From Epiperipatus broadwayi (taxonomy: Eukaryota > Animalia > Onychophora): a stretch of 64,000 nucleotides of DNA. Shown here piece after piece: positions 12,001-27,000 of this stretch (positions are counted from its first letter, which is position 1; each line of letters starts with the position of its first letter). The position numbers and the translations under genes are program-made. Under the pieces are notes generated by a model. That model made no database searches and had not been told where the DNA came from. It worked only from the letters and a program-made list of their open reading frames with translations. The stretch lies in assembly GCA_028023455.1 (NCBI GenBank), contig JAQFVV010000010.1, forward strand, positions 1,984,001 through 2,048,000, read 5' to 3'.

Positions 12001-15000
12001 GATGAGATAGAACACAAAGTTCCTTTTAATCATGTTTATTTATTTTATCCCAAAACTAAGATCAGTTGACTTTTCTAATTTATGTCAAAGTATATTAAAC
12101 AGAAGATATGTATTACAATTCTGCACATGTTATCTATTGTTTACTTATAAGTTATTTAAAAAACTTCAACAATCAAGATAGATGTGCTGTTGATTTTACA
12201 ATAAAAAATTGGTATTTATTTTTAGGTCTTACAAATTGAATCTCTTTCAGAGTAATGTCAATTTAGTGCAATACACTGGTCTAAAAGTGTTTTTCACTTT
12301 TTGAAGCAGTTTTGAACTCTTGCAAAGTGATGCCTCCATTGTTTTTCTCTTCATCTCTTCCAAGTCCACAAAACATTTTACTTGAGACAATTTTTTCATT
12401 TGGGGGAATAAAAATAAGTCACACAGAATGAGAGTGAGTGATTATGGTAGGTGGATAAGTTGAGTCATGCTGTTTTAGTTTTAAAATTGTTTCACTCTCT
12501 AGTCTTGGTACACTGACAAATTGACATGGTAAAGATGTAACTCCCCATTAATATCACAAAGCAAGACTTCTTCATTTTACCACAACATGCAAATGTTTCA
12601 AAACTTGTAGATAAAATCCCTAACCATTACAAGTGAATTCAAATGAACAATGCTGTTTATATCAGAAAAAACAGCAGCATCTTGACATTGAATTTCACTC
12701 ACCATACTTTTTGGGGCGATGTGATGAATTTGACTCTTCCATTAAATCACTTGTAAACTTTTGTTTTCACTAGAGCAGTATGCTAATAAGCTATTTCAGA
12801 CATTAAAATTGTTTTCCTTGTTGTTTTTATCAATAAAAAACAGAATTTAACATTATAAATTTTTCTGCCATCACAAAAATTAATGAATGAGTGAGACACA
12901 CTTAACAAAAGAATTTACTACATGACACCATAACTTCATTTGAGACACACTTAACAAAAGAATTTACTATATGACACCACAACTTCATTTGATGATGTCA
13001 GCAGACTGATGCAGAAAGGTACATGCAAGAAATATTTAGTGACTGAAGTATGTACTACAATGGGTGCATTCACCAGAGGAATGATTCTGGATTTTTGGGA
13101 GGCAATTGTTAAAAGAAAACACTCTGGTATCATAGGGAAATGATTTATCACAACCAACTCATGTTTTCTATATTGACTTAGTTGATTAGAGTTATGATTG
13201 AGGGCAGCAATGTCTACTGTTTAGTTTTATATTTAAAAATATTGTCTTATTTTTAAAAATATTAAGGACATAATGATAGAGAATTATCCTCCGTCTTTAA
13301 TTAAACAAACATTCTCCAGTAATTTATAAAAATTTACCTCAGTCATGTCTACCTCCAATTACTAATTGTTAGTGAAATCCCAAAAGTATTAGCTATTATT
13401 GTATTAATAGATTACTGTTTGGAATCTCGGTAGCTCCTATCATATTCCAGCAAGTAGTAAATCAATTTGCCACAAGAATAACCAAAAGTAAAAGGTAAAT
13501 CTTGAAAACCACAAGAAATTTATTTAACAAATTCAAGAAAATGTCTTCGCAACTGACAGTGCAAGGAATATTTCCTATTAAAAGCAAAATAAATGCTCTT
13601 TTGAGAGTAAAACTCCTCACAAACTAAAAAGAGCTTAAGATTTTTTGGAAACTTATTAACAATTACAAAGATTTCATTTAGCACACAACTGAAATTGCCA
13701 AATCATTATATTGGCTTCTAAATAAATAGGCTGATTGGAAATGGGATGATAACCAAAATCAAGCTTATATCAAATTGAAAAAATTAATAGCCAATTCAAT
13801 GCCATGCTTGTTGGTATTTAAATAGTTTTATCTCATTATAGTAAGGATAGATATAACTTATACATTGCATTTATCAAATAGATAGAAAAGTTCTGGCATA
13901 ATTGCAGCCATCAAAAAATTCCATCGCTCTATTCGCAGAGGCATATTTAATACTTAAAAAAAGACTTCCACTGCATGTGTTTTCCTGAAAGTTTGCAATG
14001 ATGGTGTTTTAGTTATAATTATATATTGAACTATTTCCATCATTTAATATGAATATTGAATATCTTTAAGAAAAATTTAATTTTATTTAAATATTCCAAA
14101 TACATTCAACTGTTAGTATTAACTGTTAAAATTGAATATTCAAGAATCTAAGAGTCCAGGTTTAATTCCCATGCTAGTACTGGCACTGGTTAGGCCAGCA
14201 ACATCTGAAGAAGAGGGGAGTCTAATACCTCTCAAAACATTGTGCATATGCTAACCTGTATGCTATTAATAATAGTTGAATGTATTTGGAATATTTAAAT
14301 AAAGTTAATTTTTTTTAAAGACACTCCATATTCATATTAGATGATGGAAATAGTCCAATATATAAATACAATCTTCCACAACATGTTTCAGTCCACATAC
14401 TGAGATGGATTAATTTATTGAACATTTATTATTTTAAATTGCAACATAGAGAAAAGAAATAAATCTCCCGTTTTACTGAGTATGAAAAGGAAAAAAATCA
14501 ATAGTTGACATCATTTGCCTTGGTAAATAATAGTCATATAAATAGTAGATAACCCACTAGACTGCAAAAGATCTGGTTATCAATTTATGAGCAAAAGAAT
14601 ATGCTCCAAATGTCTAATCAATAAACCATCAAATTTGCATAAAGGAGTCGGCTTGGTCATATGGTGATCTGATTTAGATTCAAACATTCAATCACAGATT
14701 TTCAACTACTAACAATGTTAATTAAATTGAACCATTCCAGCCAAACAAAAGTCAACCCTCAGCCTCAACAACAGAGTCTTGAGAAAGATTCCATATAAAC
14801 CATGCAAGCCCATAGAAAAACCAACAGTTTCTTATGTCATCAGGTGGTTAGACTAACAGAAATACTCTCTTTCCATACATTATGCACTTAGAAAATTATT
14901 TACTATGTATAGTCTTACTAAGATTAGTAATAGAACAGCTTTTATGATTGACCAATTTAGAGTTTTCTATATGATAAAACGAATTTAAACATATCTTGAC

Positions 15001-18000
15001 ACCACTGTTTCACTCAGAAAGCAATGGGTAAGCTGAACAGATAATAAAAGAGATTAAGAAAAATCTACAAAAACATTCAGGTGATTAGAATATGCATGTA
15101 TGCAGAATGCTACTGATGCACCACTCAATTCCCTCAATCATCCATAACTAGACACCAGCTTCATGAAGAGTTAATGAATCACACATTACGAATTAAATTA
15201 TCTTATCTTAGACCTAGTGCATCAATAAAGTGTCTAATGATAGCTACTTCAAAGTAGATATTTTGTTGTATATATCAAGTGAAAAAGTGGATACCAACTA
15301 CTAGCCACATTCTGGTGGTTAAGATAGTATAAGGTCAATCCCACAGATATTAATTGCATGTTTACTGATCAGAAGCATCAAGCAGTGAATTTTCCTAGAC
15401 AGTTAACAAAGATTAACCAGTATTTCCTGTAAATGATTAGACAAAAGAAGACCAGATAGAAGATGCACCAGTCAAATCAAAAAAATACCAGCCAATCCTG
15501 AACTAGAACAGCAGAAAATATTCAATTTTAAGAGATCAAAAATATTTCTGTTGTTATTTCTTTTGTTTTTTTTGGTACAAACAAAAGAATATATGAACTT
15601 GCTTAAGCTTAAATGAATTCATCTATCTCAACTCATCTTATTTTAAATGAATGCATCCAATCAGGCGGTACAGATAATAAAGTAAAAGTTATTGTTTTAT
15701 TATTTGTTGTGACAATCAATAATAAAAGGTATTAATTAGAACAAATAACAAAAAGAATTAATTCGCTAAAGTTTCTATGTAGTTCATGATAATTAAATAA
15801 AAGAATAGTCATAAAGAAATTCACTCTGTCATTGGGCACAACAGACCAGTAATAATGTTTAATCTATGATCAGCATCACAAAGCTGGTTTAGATATGCAA
15901 TGATAATTTAATACAAGTAGCAAGGAGAAATGCTATGCATACCAAATAACAAAGGTATCTTATGGACACAGGTTTGTACATTGAAAAAGTTTGCTATAGA
16001 CTTTGCTTCAATCTTATTTAGAATTAAATGAAGTCTCACGTGTTATGCAACTTACATTATTGTAAATGTTTTTGAATTAAATAAAACTTTAAAATATAAT
16101 ATTGTCTTTGTATATGATACATAATTTCATCCATTATGTTTTCATCTGTATTAATAATTTGACCAAGATATTTGTAGTTATTGACTTTTCTAATTCATGA
16201 TTATCAATCTTTATTTTGATTTGAAAAAATATAGTGAATGTTATTTTAGTTTTTTTTTTAGTACATCATATGCAGAATATGCATTTATAGTGGTTAACTA
16301 TGGGAAAAAAACTTGTACAGTTACTCCATCTAAAAAATTATACTATAAATTGGGAATATTACATTAAAAAAATAACTTATCGAGTATATATAAAAAATTT
16401 AAAAGCCTTTAACATATATTATATGCTTGTATAAACTGTGCTGTGTGTATTATGCAAATATTAACTTAAAATACTATGTATTTATGTATGTATGATAAGG
16501 CAGCTAAATCTATATAAAAAGAAAAAAAACACTTAGCTTAAAATTGTTACTTCCTGTGACCCATTCACCAATTATTGTTATCCAATTTTGTTTCAAAACT
16601 CAAAGATTTTCTTGCTTTTTTCATGATCGTATTAGTTGCTAAGATAACTTTAAACAGAATCTTTAAAAAAAAATGTAATTGGGTTGGAAAAATATGTGTG
16701 TTTTCACTGTCCAAAAAAATACAGCAAAATAGATTGAGAGATCAAGAAAGTGAAACTAAATTAGCATCTAAAATTATTTTTTTTTATTTTTCCTCATAAC
16801 TGGTTTGTTTTCACTGTCCAAAAAGTACAGCAAAATAGATTGAGAGATCAAGAAAATGAAACTAAACTAGCATCTAACATTATGCTGGGGGAAAAATCCA
16901 TACTGAAGTTTCATTTTTTAAACATTTGTACTACAATATTATAATATATTATTTATATAAAATTATTAAAATAAAATTTAAAAAATCATTTGATTGATCA
17001 TAAAGTCTTCTTATTTATCATTAGTATAACAAGAGCCAAATAAATATATGATATACAGTATTACAAAAAATTAATCGGTCAACATTAAAAAAAAAAATTC
17101 AACTTATTGAAAAATGGAAAAAAAAAATCTAATGCATTCTGAATTTGAATAGTGTAATCAATATTTAAGGCTTTTGTTACAATGTGTACTGTGCTGATCT
17201 AAATAAACAAATACGATAGCTGTAGTGGGTCTTTTGGGCATGACATGTTTTTGCAATGACTTAGCAATTTGTCGAATAGCGCAATATGTGTTTTGATGAT
17301 GGAGTTATGAGCTATTTAAATAAAAATTAAATGCATTCTGAATTTGAATAGTGTAATCAATATTTAAGGCTTTTGTTACAATGTGTACTGTGCTGATCTA
17401 AATAAACAAATACGATAGCTGTAGCGGGTCTTTTGGGCATGACATGTTTTTGCAATGACTTAGCAATTTTTCGAATAGCGCAATATGTGTTTTGATGATG
17501 GAGTTATGAGCTATTTAAATAAAAATTAAAGGCATTAATCTTATTCATTTTATTTGTATTTAATTTTCATCATACACAATTTATTATTTATTGCAAAAAA
17601 TCATCCTCATATTTTTTCCCAAAAATGCAATTCAAATACAATGGATAGCAGTTTCAATTTAATTGAAATTAGCATTCGTAAAGATTTTAATCCAAAATTG
17701 ATTGCCTGAAATTTTAGCTAATATTTATACTGTACCCAATTTAAAATTTAATGTTGATAGTACATATGACCAAAAATTATTTTTTATTTTATGCCACATG
17801 CAGGTTATATTTTTTTTCTTGGTACTGCTTTTTTTATACACATGATAATGTCTCCATTGCTTTGGATATCTGAAAAGAATTACGAGTTGATTTAAAATCG
17901 AGGAAGCAAAATATGTGTTATTTTTAATTTACATTTAGTAATTTTTGATATTACTTGTATAAATCTGAAATTATTTTATCTTCTTTGTCTTTCCTCCCTC

Positions 18001-21000
18001 CCCTTTTTTTAGTGAAAATATTTTAGATTAGCAATAGTAGCAGTTTCAATATGACAAAAATTTTAATTAAAAATTAATTGATTGAATATTTTAGCTAATA
18101 ATATATTTACTATATATTTTTAATTTTACTGTACTATGTTCATTTACATTCATATACTGAATGAAACTTTATTTTTTTGCTTTTTTTAGTCATTAACAAT
18201 GAAAATGTTTACATTGAATATATTATTAATGAAGTACTAACTGTCTTGTAAAAACTGGATGAAAATTAAATACAATATTGTATATTCATTTTCATATTTT
18301 AAGCTTATAATCAAAATATTGAATGCAGCTCTATAATGTTGTGTTTTATGAATAAAATGTATATCATACAATTTCAGCATGAAAGTCACTACTTTGCTTT
18401 TGTATGAGATGACTTTAATAACTATTCTATGATATCATCAGTGTTACAAAATAGCTGTCAAAAAAACTTTTTTTGATTTTTTTTTTTACAATTGTTATAG
18501 TCAATAATTGATTGTAAATCAGAATGGTGGGTACAAATTGATGATGATCACTATTGTGAATCCTCACATAAAGATCAAGCGATAAGCGAGGTAAACTTTT
18601 CTCTGATACTTGTAACATTTCCGGAGCACTGAAATATTATTTGGAAAAATCAACCATATCACCTGCAAAATCTAGATGATTTAAATAATTTCCATGAATT
18701 TTTATTCCCTTAGCTTTCTCCTTTTATTTCACAAAATATTTCCTATAAAATTGCTATAAAAAGTTTGAAGATACAAAATTACCCCAATGTTAATCTTTTT
18801 AGTGTCACCATGTAATCTGATCAATGTGTTTGCAATTTGACAAATATTCTTCAGAATATAGCATTATCCTAGGTCTATATCTTGATAATCCAAAGCATAA
18901 TAGCAATTCATCCTCATTGGTCTTTTTTATATGTTCTTTCAATATTTGAACATAATTTCTGTGCTTAAAATTTAGTTGTTTTTTTCCGGTTGATTTGAGT
19001 TCATAGTTCATTGTAAACTAATAATTATCTTGGTAAAAATCTTGTTTAAAACTAATGTCTGTAATTTCTAATATCTTCTTTATTATTTTTCTTAAATGAC
19101 AATATTACTAATGTATTCTTCCTATCATATGGCATATTTATCATTTAGATATTTAGTATATAATTTGCCAACAATTTTCCCTTTTTTGTATCTAATCTAC
19201 TTTTTAAAAATTCCATCATTTTCTTGAACTTTTACCTTTATCATAGATTTGATTGCATATCACAATCTCTTCATTTAAAATCCTTGACAATTTAGAAGAT
19301 GCAGTAATTGTAGTGGCTACTTTGTTTTATTGTTCTTTATTGATATATAATTATTTGTCAAACTTCCACTCATTTCATGAGATCATCTGTCTTTCTCATA
19401 ATTGTTTCATCTTTTTTTCTTATTATTGAAATAACTTTTCTTCTAATAATGATATATTGTTTTGTACTTCTGGAAGTTTTATTTTTTTCTGCGATTTTCT
19501 TTGCCAATTCAGGGTTATCTTTTCTTATATCATTATTAATTCATTTTTGTATCATTTTCAGAGCTCCAAATATTTATTTCTTCTTAATGGATCATTTTTA
19601 AATATTTTAATAATTATTCTTTTTTAATACATATTGTCTTGTCTCAGTTAAATCTTAATTGGTGAATTGCTGCTTTTTTGTTACCAGCTTTATTGCACTT
19701 TTTAGTAAAGTATGTTATCTTCTTGTTAGTTTCAGATAAATATGATTGTCTTCAGCTTTGGTAATATATAATTAGCAAGTACTAATTTAAAGTCATTGAA
19801 ATGTTTTTGTTGTTTAGGAATATCAGCTATTAATACTGTCTTTTTTAATAGTTTTCATTTTTCTAGATTTGCATTAATATGTATTTTAAATCTCGCAAAT
19901 CAATGATCATTTTTATTTTAAATCAATTAAGAATATTATAATCTTGAAATACAAATTTTCTATTCAATTCATAGTTATTTTATTTGAATGTTCCGTTTCT
20001 AAAAAGCATTTTTGTCAAAGTAAAAATTAATAGTATAGAATTGTTCTTTTTCTGCAAATTTCATAAATCTGTTCTTTTTCATTTTCTGACATTTATAACT
20101 AAATTTACCAAGAGCACTTTCACCTTGAAATTGTTTTCAATTCTAACATTCAAATCTCCTAAGAGAATTTTAAAATGTTATTTGGTTAATCCAAAGCATT
20201 TTATTTTGTTCATCTATATAAAAATCCTATACGTTTTCATCATAATGAGAACTTGTCAAGTGTAATTTCATAACTTTAAAATGTTGTTTGTTAATCTTTT
20301 CACTCTTGATTAATATGTCCTAAATCATCACAATGTTATTCTTCCACCTTTTATTTATAATGAATCTGGAACCTCTTGTGTTTTCAATATTTGTGCCTTT
20401 GTAGTGTAGTACATATCCACTTTGCAAATCAATGTATTTTTTTTTTTGACTTTATAAAATTCCAAGTAATCTTCCTTTACTTGAAAGTAATATGCAGTTG
20501 TAAGTTAGCTAAATCGTGGTCGAATGTCAGGCTGACTTTATTGTCAGAGGATTAATTTACACTCCACATTTGGCTGCCAACTCCTTGACCTGTTGACTTT
20601 ATAGCTTCTTAGGATTGACTATAACTTAGATTTATCTGTCATGATTGTAAATATCTAAAAAAAAAAAAAAAAAAAGATCATCCAGATTTACATTCATCCT
20701 TCAAGAAAACTCAACTAATGATTCAATTATGAGTTATTAGGCAACTGATAAAAAATACCATGATATTTATTGGTCTTAAAAAGCCAGTAATTTTACAATG
20801 CTGTCTTAGTATGTTGGTGAATAGCTAAGCCAGGATTATTCACTGTGTAAATAATTACATAATAATAATAGTTGCAATGACAAAATATATGGAATGGACA
20901 TCAGAAATGTATCCTGCTTAGTTCCTTTAAAGGTTTTACAGATGAATCAGTGAGTTTCTTTTCAGTTAATAGAAAATTCCTTTCTGTAATAAATATATGT

Positions 21001-24000
21001 ATATATAATAAATCATAAATATAAATTTCAAACTAGTTACAATATGTAAATTACCTTACATCTCTTTTACTTGACAAAGCAATAGAATATCAATTATCTG
21101 TTATCAAGACAAAAAGATATTCTATTGATTTGTTTAAGCATTAGATTCGTTATAATGAATTTTATATATATTGAATATTTTTAAATCATTTATTTAAATT
21201 AGTAGAATAAATTTGTAAACATTTTTTTTTTTTTGCATTTTCTAATATAGTTATATTATTATTATTAGGCTTTATATGTAGGACAGAATTTTCTTCAAAG
21301 ATTACCAGACAGAATTGGTAATTTGATTCGATTATGGGAACTGGATGTTTCTGAATGCTCTTTAACAATCCTGCCTGATTCTATTACATATTGTGCTAAT
21401 CTGGAACGTCTTTGCCTTTCAAAAAACAAGTTAGTATTGTACTAGTATTTAAAATATTTTTTTATACATGTATGTTATCCTGAACTGTTAGTAGAGGAGT
21501 TAACTGGAAGATAAAAGTTCATAGGATTGATTCATCGCTAAGAAAAGTGAAAATTACATATATATTTAATTCTTTTTACCATTTAAATGGCTTAAATGTC
21601 TCTTAACTCTCTGAGAATCTTGATTATGTACATGCAAAGAAAAAATACAAATGACCAGACAAAATTATTTAAAATAAAGTAAATGGAATAATTAAAATTT
21701 TGATTGAGTAATATTAATTGATATTTTTGGAAATACTGTATATTATTTAAAATCAAATATAAAAAGATGTCCAGATATTTAATTTCATGGTGCATTTCTT
21801 CCCAAGCAATAGTGAACGATAGAAAGGAATACATCTAGGACTCTGATTGCAGATTGGTGATGGATAATTCTGGTCCGGGGACAAATATGTCGATGTAATG
21901 ACTATAGATGAAATTGGGAATGGTACCTTACTTTGAAGATAAACTGCTTCCTAAATACTTCAGCACCATTCCCAATTTTATCTATACCCATTGTATCAAT
22001 GAAATGTTTGTTGCTGGACTAGAATCATCCATCACCAATCTGCAATTAGAGCTTCAGATGCACTCCTCTCTATCTTTCACTATTGCTTGGGAAGATATGC
22101 ACCACGAGATTAAATATCTGGACATCCATAGGTCATCTAAACTACAGTATGTGCATCAAATCTTTGGAGGTCAGAGGTTCCACACATCCATAATCAAATT
22201 CATCACTCATGTATAAATTTTTAGGTCTCTCGTCTTTCCTTTTCCTTAATCATCACTTATGTAAAATCGAATCCTTATGCAAAAGTAACATAAAACAATA
22301 TATAAAAGATCTCATCAACGTCAGATTCAATGCCAGGCATTTTATAAGAAAGGTAAAACAATTTTCTCAGAAATTACATACTAACTCTCTCAAGGACAAC
22401 AAACCATGGCTTCTTCTTCCACACATTCATTCAAAACTTTCATTCTTTTAAGCTATGTTTTCGCACACTCTCTTAAGTTAATAGACTAATCAATAACTCA
22501 AAAGACCACTTATCCTCTGATCAAACTTCTCACACAGTGTATAAAATCATCCTCAAACTGGCTTCAGCGTTATATATTATGGTGAATCTCATGCTTCTCC
22601 ACTTTTGTCTATCATCACTGTTACTTGTACAAAAGAGCGCTGAACAAACCCGAATACAATTCCATCTTCTTGGAACTCCAAAGGTGTCTTCTGCCACATC
22701 AGTTGTATAGAGCACCATGACTCTAAACTTAAATTTAAAGAAGCATGGTTTATAGGTAATAACACCCATGCTATAAACCAAAGCATGCTTCTCTCCAAAA
22801 AGTAGACTCTAACTCACTTTGCATAAATTTAAATATTTATCACACATATTTTTTATTATGCTCATTCATCTTGCTGGCTATGATTATGAGAGGATTAAAC
22901 TTTTCAAAAGTGTTCAGCCATTAATCCTATTATCTGTAATAAACTTTACCAATACCTGCATTTTAGCACATTTAGACATATTACTTATTAATTGGGAAGT
23001 TAATGCTTTTTTTATTATTACATTAATAAATATAGTATAGAACATATTTACATGCATTTGTGTTTATATAACATGACACAGGAGGTTTATAACATTCTCT
23101 GCTTTTGCCCACCAACTGCTGTCTTGAATAATGACTTTATAGTCCTCAGAGAATAAGGGCCATAATTTAGTTTTATCTAAAAAAAATATCATTCACACAC
23201 ATACATTTATTTTGGCTTCAAGAACCTTCAACTAATGTTTTCTTAAGAACTATTAAGTGATTGAAAAGAAAAATGTGGCATACATTGATTTTAAATTCAG
23301 AAATAAAAATCCAGTAAACTCATCATGTTAGCTAATGCATGTTGATGAGCAAACTATGCATGAATGTTTACTATATGTTCTTTTAAGGAGTTAAAAAAAA
23401 AGAATCAATGTGTCTCCTTTTAAATTACAGCAAATTCTTTTGTGCAGCTATTATTAATATATTGTGATGATCGCACATACTGTGACCACACATATATATA
23501 TTTAACATTAAATAATATTAAATATTGTGGGGTTTTTTTAATACTAGTAAAAGAATTAAAACCCATGAAGAAAGAAATGTCTTAATTAATAAAGAGAGGG
23601 AAATAGAATCGAAAGATTCTTATCATTTACCCTCCAAAGTTAAGATTTTGGTAAAATAGAAATATTTAAATGTAGAAATATTGAAATCGTCTAATTGGCT
23701 TAAGACAAAAATGAAAGAGGAAATATGAATGAAATAAGAACTAAAAAATGATTTATAAGGCAAAGTAAAAGTTTGAAGAGTTTAAATCGGATTAAAATAG
23801 AATTTAAAACATGACAATAGATAAGGATCTATTCCATATAAGTACACATTTCAACGAAAAAATGAAATGAATGTGTAGAGTATGTATAAATTATGGATAA
23901 AGACAGCAATAATTAATGCTTGTCAAAATAAAAATCATTTTATTAAAAGGAAAAGAAAAGAAATAAATGTAAATATTGCTACGAGATTGTATAAAAGCAA

Positions 24001-27000
24001 ATTTGTATAAATTGCTGAAGGCGTATAAAAAAAGAAAGATGTGAATGGAAAGCTCCAAACAAAAGGATTGGAGTTCAAGGCAGTTCTTGTCGAGACTAGG
24101 GTGAGGACACTGCTCTGATAATAAGCAGATATAATCGAGTAGAAAGCAGACATAAGAATCTTTTAAAGTTTAAAAAAAAAAGAGAAAACCAGAAACGTAG
24201 TGGAAGGACTCCAACATAGAAACAGATCACTGTATGAACAGGAAAATGATTTCTAACATACGTGACGCTTCAAGAATGTGTGGCTAAGGGCCATCATGAT
24301 CGCTGGCCGATTCAGACTCACCGTGCTCGAACAGTTCCTGTCGCCATGTAACAACTGCCTATGTAGAGCCTGCTGGATGATCCGCTTGCCATGCCCTTGA
24401 TGTCCTAATACAGAGAAGTCACCACAAACCAAGTCCAACCTAAGAGCGACCGTTCCTTGCTAAAGAAGTGGAGGAATTCCACATGGCGGTCAGCAGGACC
24501 TTAATTCACTTCAGAGACTAAAGAAAACCTAGGTAAATTATATATCACACCTTTATAGACATATGTGCACATACTTTTAATTTAAACAATTCCTGATATT
24601 AGTGATATAGACAATAATTAAACTTTTTTTCTAATACATGGAATGACGACTATAAATGTATAATCATTTATAGGATCTTTTTTTATATATTTACTCGTAG
24701 CATTATGTCCAATAATTTGTTTCTATTGTGTGTAAAATATTTCAATTGATTTTGTGTTGTTTATTTGTTATATTAAATATTTATTTTATCTGTTTCGTCT
24801 CGTTCTTCGCCATTCCAGACAGTAATATATCCGTAGGGGTTTGAGTGATAATTATTACTCCATTTTGAGTACTAAAATAACACGTGAGGCTAATGGGCAG
24901 TATTCTTGATCCCATTTAATTTTATAAATTATCCAAGCGCTGTAATTCTTTAAATATTACAGCAGTCGAGAGACAGTTGACCGGGAAAGATAACCTGGGC
25001 CAATATCCGTATAGTCACAGGTTCGGTCAATTACGGATATAGATTCGTTTATGTCCGTATGTTCTCTCTGCTTGTGGTAGCGGAAGGTGGATGATTTTGA
25101 ATTTAAGGAATCCGTATTATATATAAATAAAAGGGAAGTTTTGCATTCGATCATCGTGATTCCGTTACAATATAAAATACAGATATAGGTGCTGGTAAAG
25201 CAATAAAATACATTATAAAAATATAGAGAGAGGCTAATTATTTGGTTGAATTGCCTAATATATGTTGTACAAATGTTATATTTAATTTGATGATTATTTA
25301 CTTGTCTCCCTATTTAAATGTAATTCTATATTTAAACTAAAGCTATGAATGAAACGTTAAAAGGATGCTCAGCATGTTAATCATTTTATAAATTTATAAT
25401 ATTTTCTTGTTAAATGCGCAAAACTTGATTTAAATACAGTGTTATATTTATATATAAAAATAAATGTTTTAAACAAATTCAAAATCATAGATTGGTTATA
25501 GTTTAAATCCCAAATGATGGACTGATTTTTATTTTACAAAAGATATGTTGATGATTATTTTATGATTACATAAAGAGTAAAATGAAATTCAAAATGGAAA
25601 TAGAAATCAATAATAATATCAATTTTATGGATATTGTAAATTATTAGATAATTGTGTTAATTAATAAATAACAATTGAAGATTTAAAAAATATTCAAATA
25701 TATATATACAGAAAAGAAATGTATTCACAAATTAGTGTTCAGACAAATAAAATAACTAAAGAAAATATAATTACAAATTACATAAATATAGCAATTAAAA
25801 TATGTTCAAACAATAAAATATTACAAAATGAAATTAAAATAATAAAAAAGCGAATATTAATGATCATCTTATAGTTATAATAAATCACCTTACAAATATT
25901 TAATAGAGTAAATAAAATTTATAATAAATAAGAAGTTAATAAAAATAAGATGCATAAATAAAAATTATAAATTTGATATTACAATAATTCAGTATATAAA
26001 AAGAAAAATAATATGGGGGTAATTTACTCACAATAATAAAAAATGTAAATAGTATAAATGAAATATATCATTGTAAAATATTCAGTTTCAGTTAAATTTA
26101 TTAAAAATAAATTTATTATGTATGTGATCAAATAAATTCCTATAGCTAAAAATATCTTTAATTAAACTGATTTAGAAATAGATTTAGCTTGTATAGGAAA
26201 TAAATTCTTATCGATAGAATTATCTTTAATTGGACTAATTTTAGAAATACTGTAAATTTATTTATATAAGAAACAAATTCTTAAGAGATAAAAGGGGGGA
26301 AAAAATTTTAATTAAATTTATTGGGAAACAAATTTAGTGTGTACAGATTTAAGTGATTTTCTAGTAGATAAAAATATAGCAAATCTATTGTGTTAACTGA
26401 AGTAAATGAAAACTTAAAACAGAGTTTAATTGGCTTAATCAGAAACTAATTAAAACCAACAAAGTAATAAAATACCCCTCCCCTAGATTTGCAGTGAAAA
26501 TAGTTACGCCAAAAAAAGAAGAGAAAAGAAAACACAAAAGAAAAAGAAGTATAAAAACTAGAAATGAATAATTTGTTCTCTTTTTCTTTCCTGGACTTCT
26601 CGCCATGCTCCTGATGCAGCAGTAGTTCATCAGTGGATGTCATTTCTAAGATCTCTTCTCATGTAGATACAAGGGTTTTCCAGGGTTTAAGAGCAAGACT
26701 TTAGTAGAGGTAAAGTACACCTTTTCTAATTATTGAACTTTATAGAACGGCATAAACAAAGAACTTTGTCTTAAGTAGTTGGCATATATATATATATATG
26801 TCATTATCATTCATGTATATGGTATATGTATGTATATTAATATATAGTTTATATCTTTGTGTTTTTGTGTGTATTTATTAATTACTGTGCTGTACAATAT
26901 TAAATTGTTTTAAAACTAAGCTGTTCAATTGGGTTAGCTAATACTTGTAATGTCTTCGCCCCTAAGTTTTTCAGAGGGGTAGAAAAGAACATACAATTCA

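Noticed and set aside
5562-12014. Tandem array of ~110-bp-LTR TRIM-like units
   Set aside because: PPT positions and TG..CA ends show the LTRs are ~600-700 bp, and two sets of TSDs show nesting rather than a tandem array
3079-21268. Additional LRR exons inside the 18-kb intron
   Set aside because: None recognised; exon A joins exon B in frame, giving a perfect LxxLxVxxNxL repeat. Small or alternative exons cannot be fully excluded
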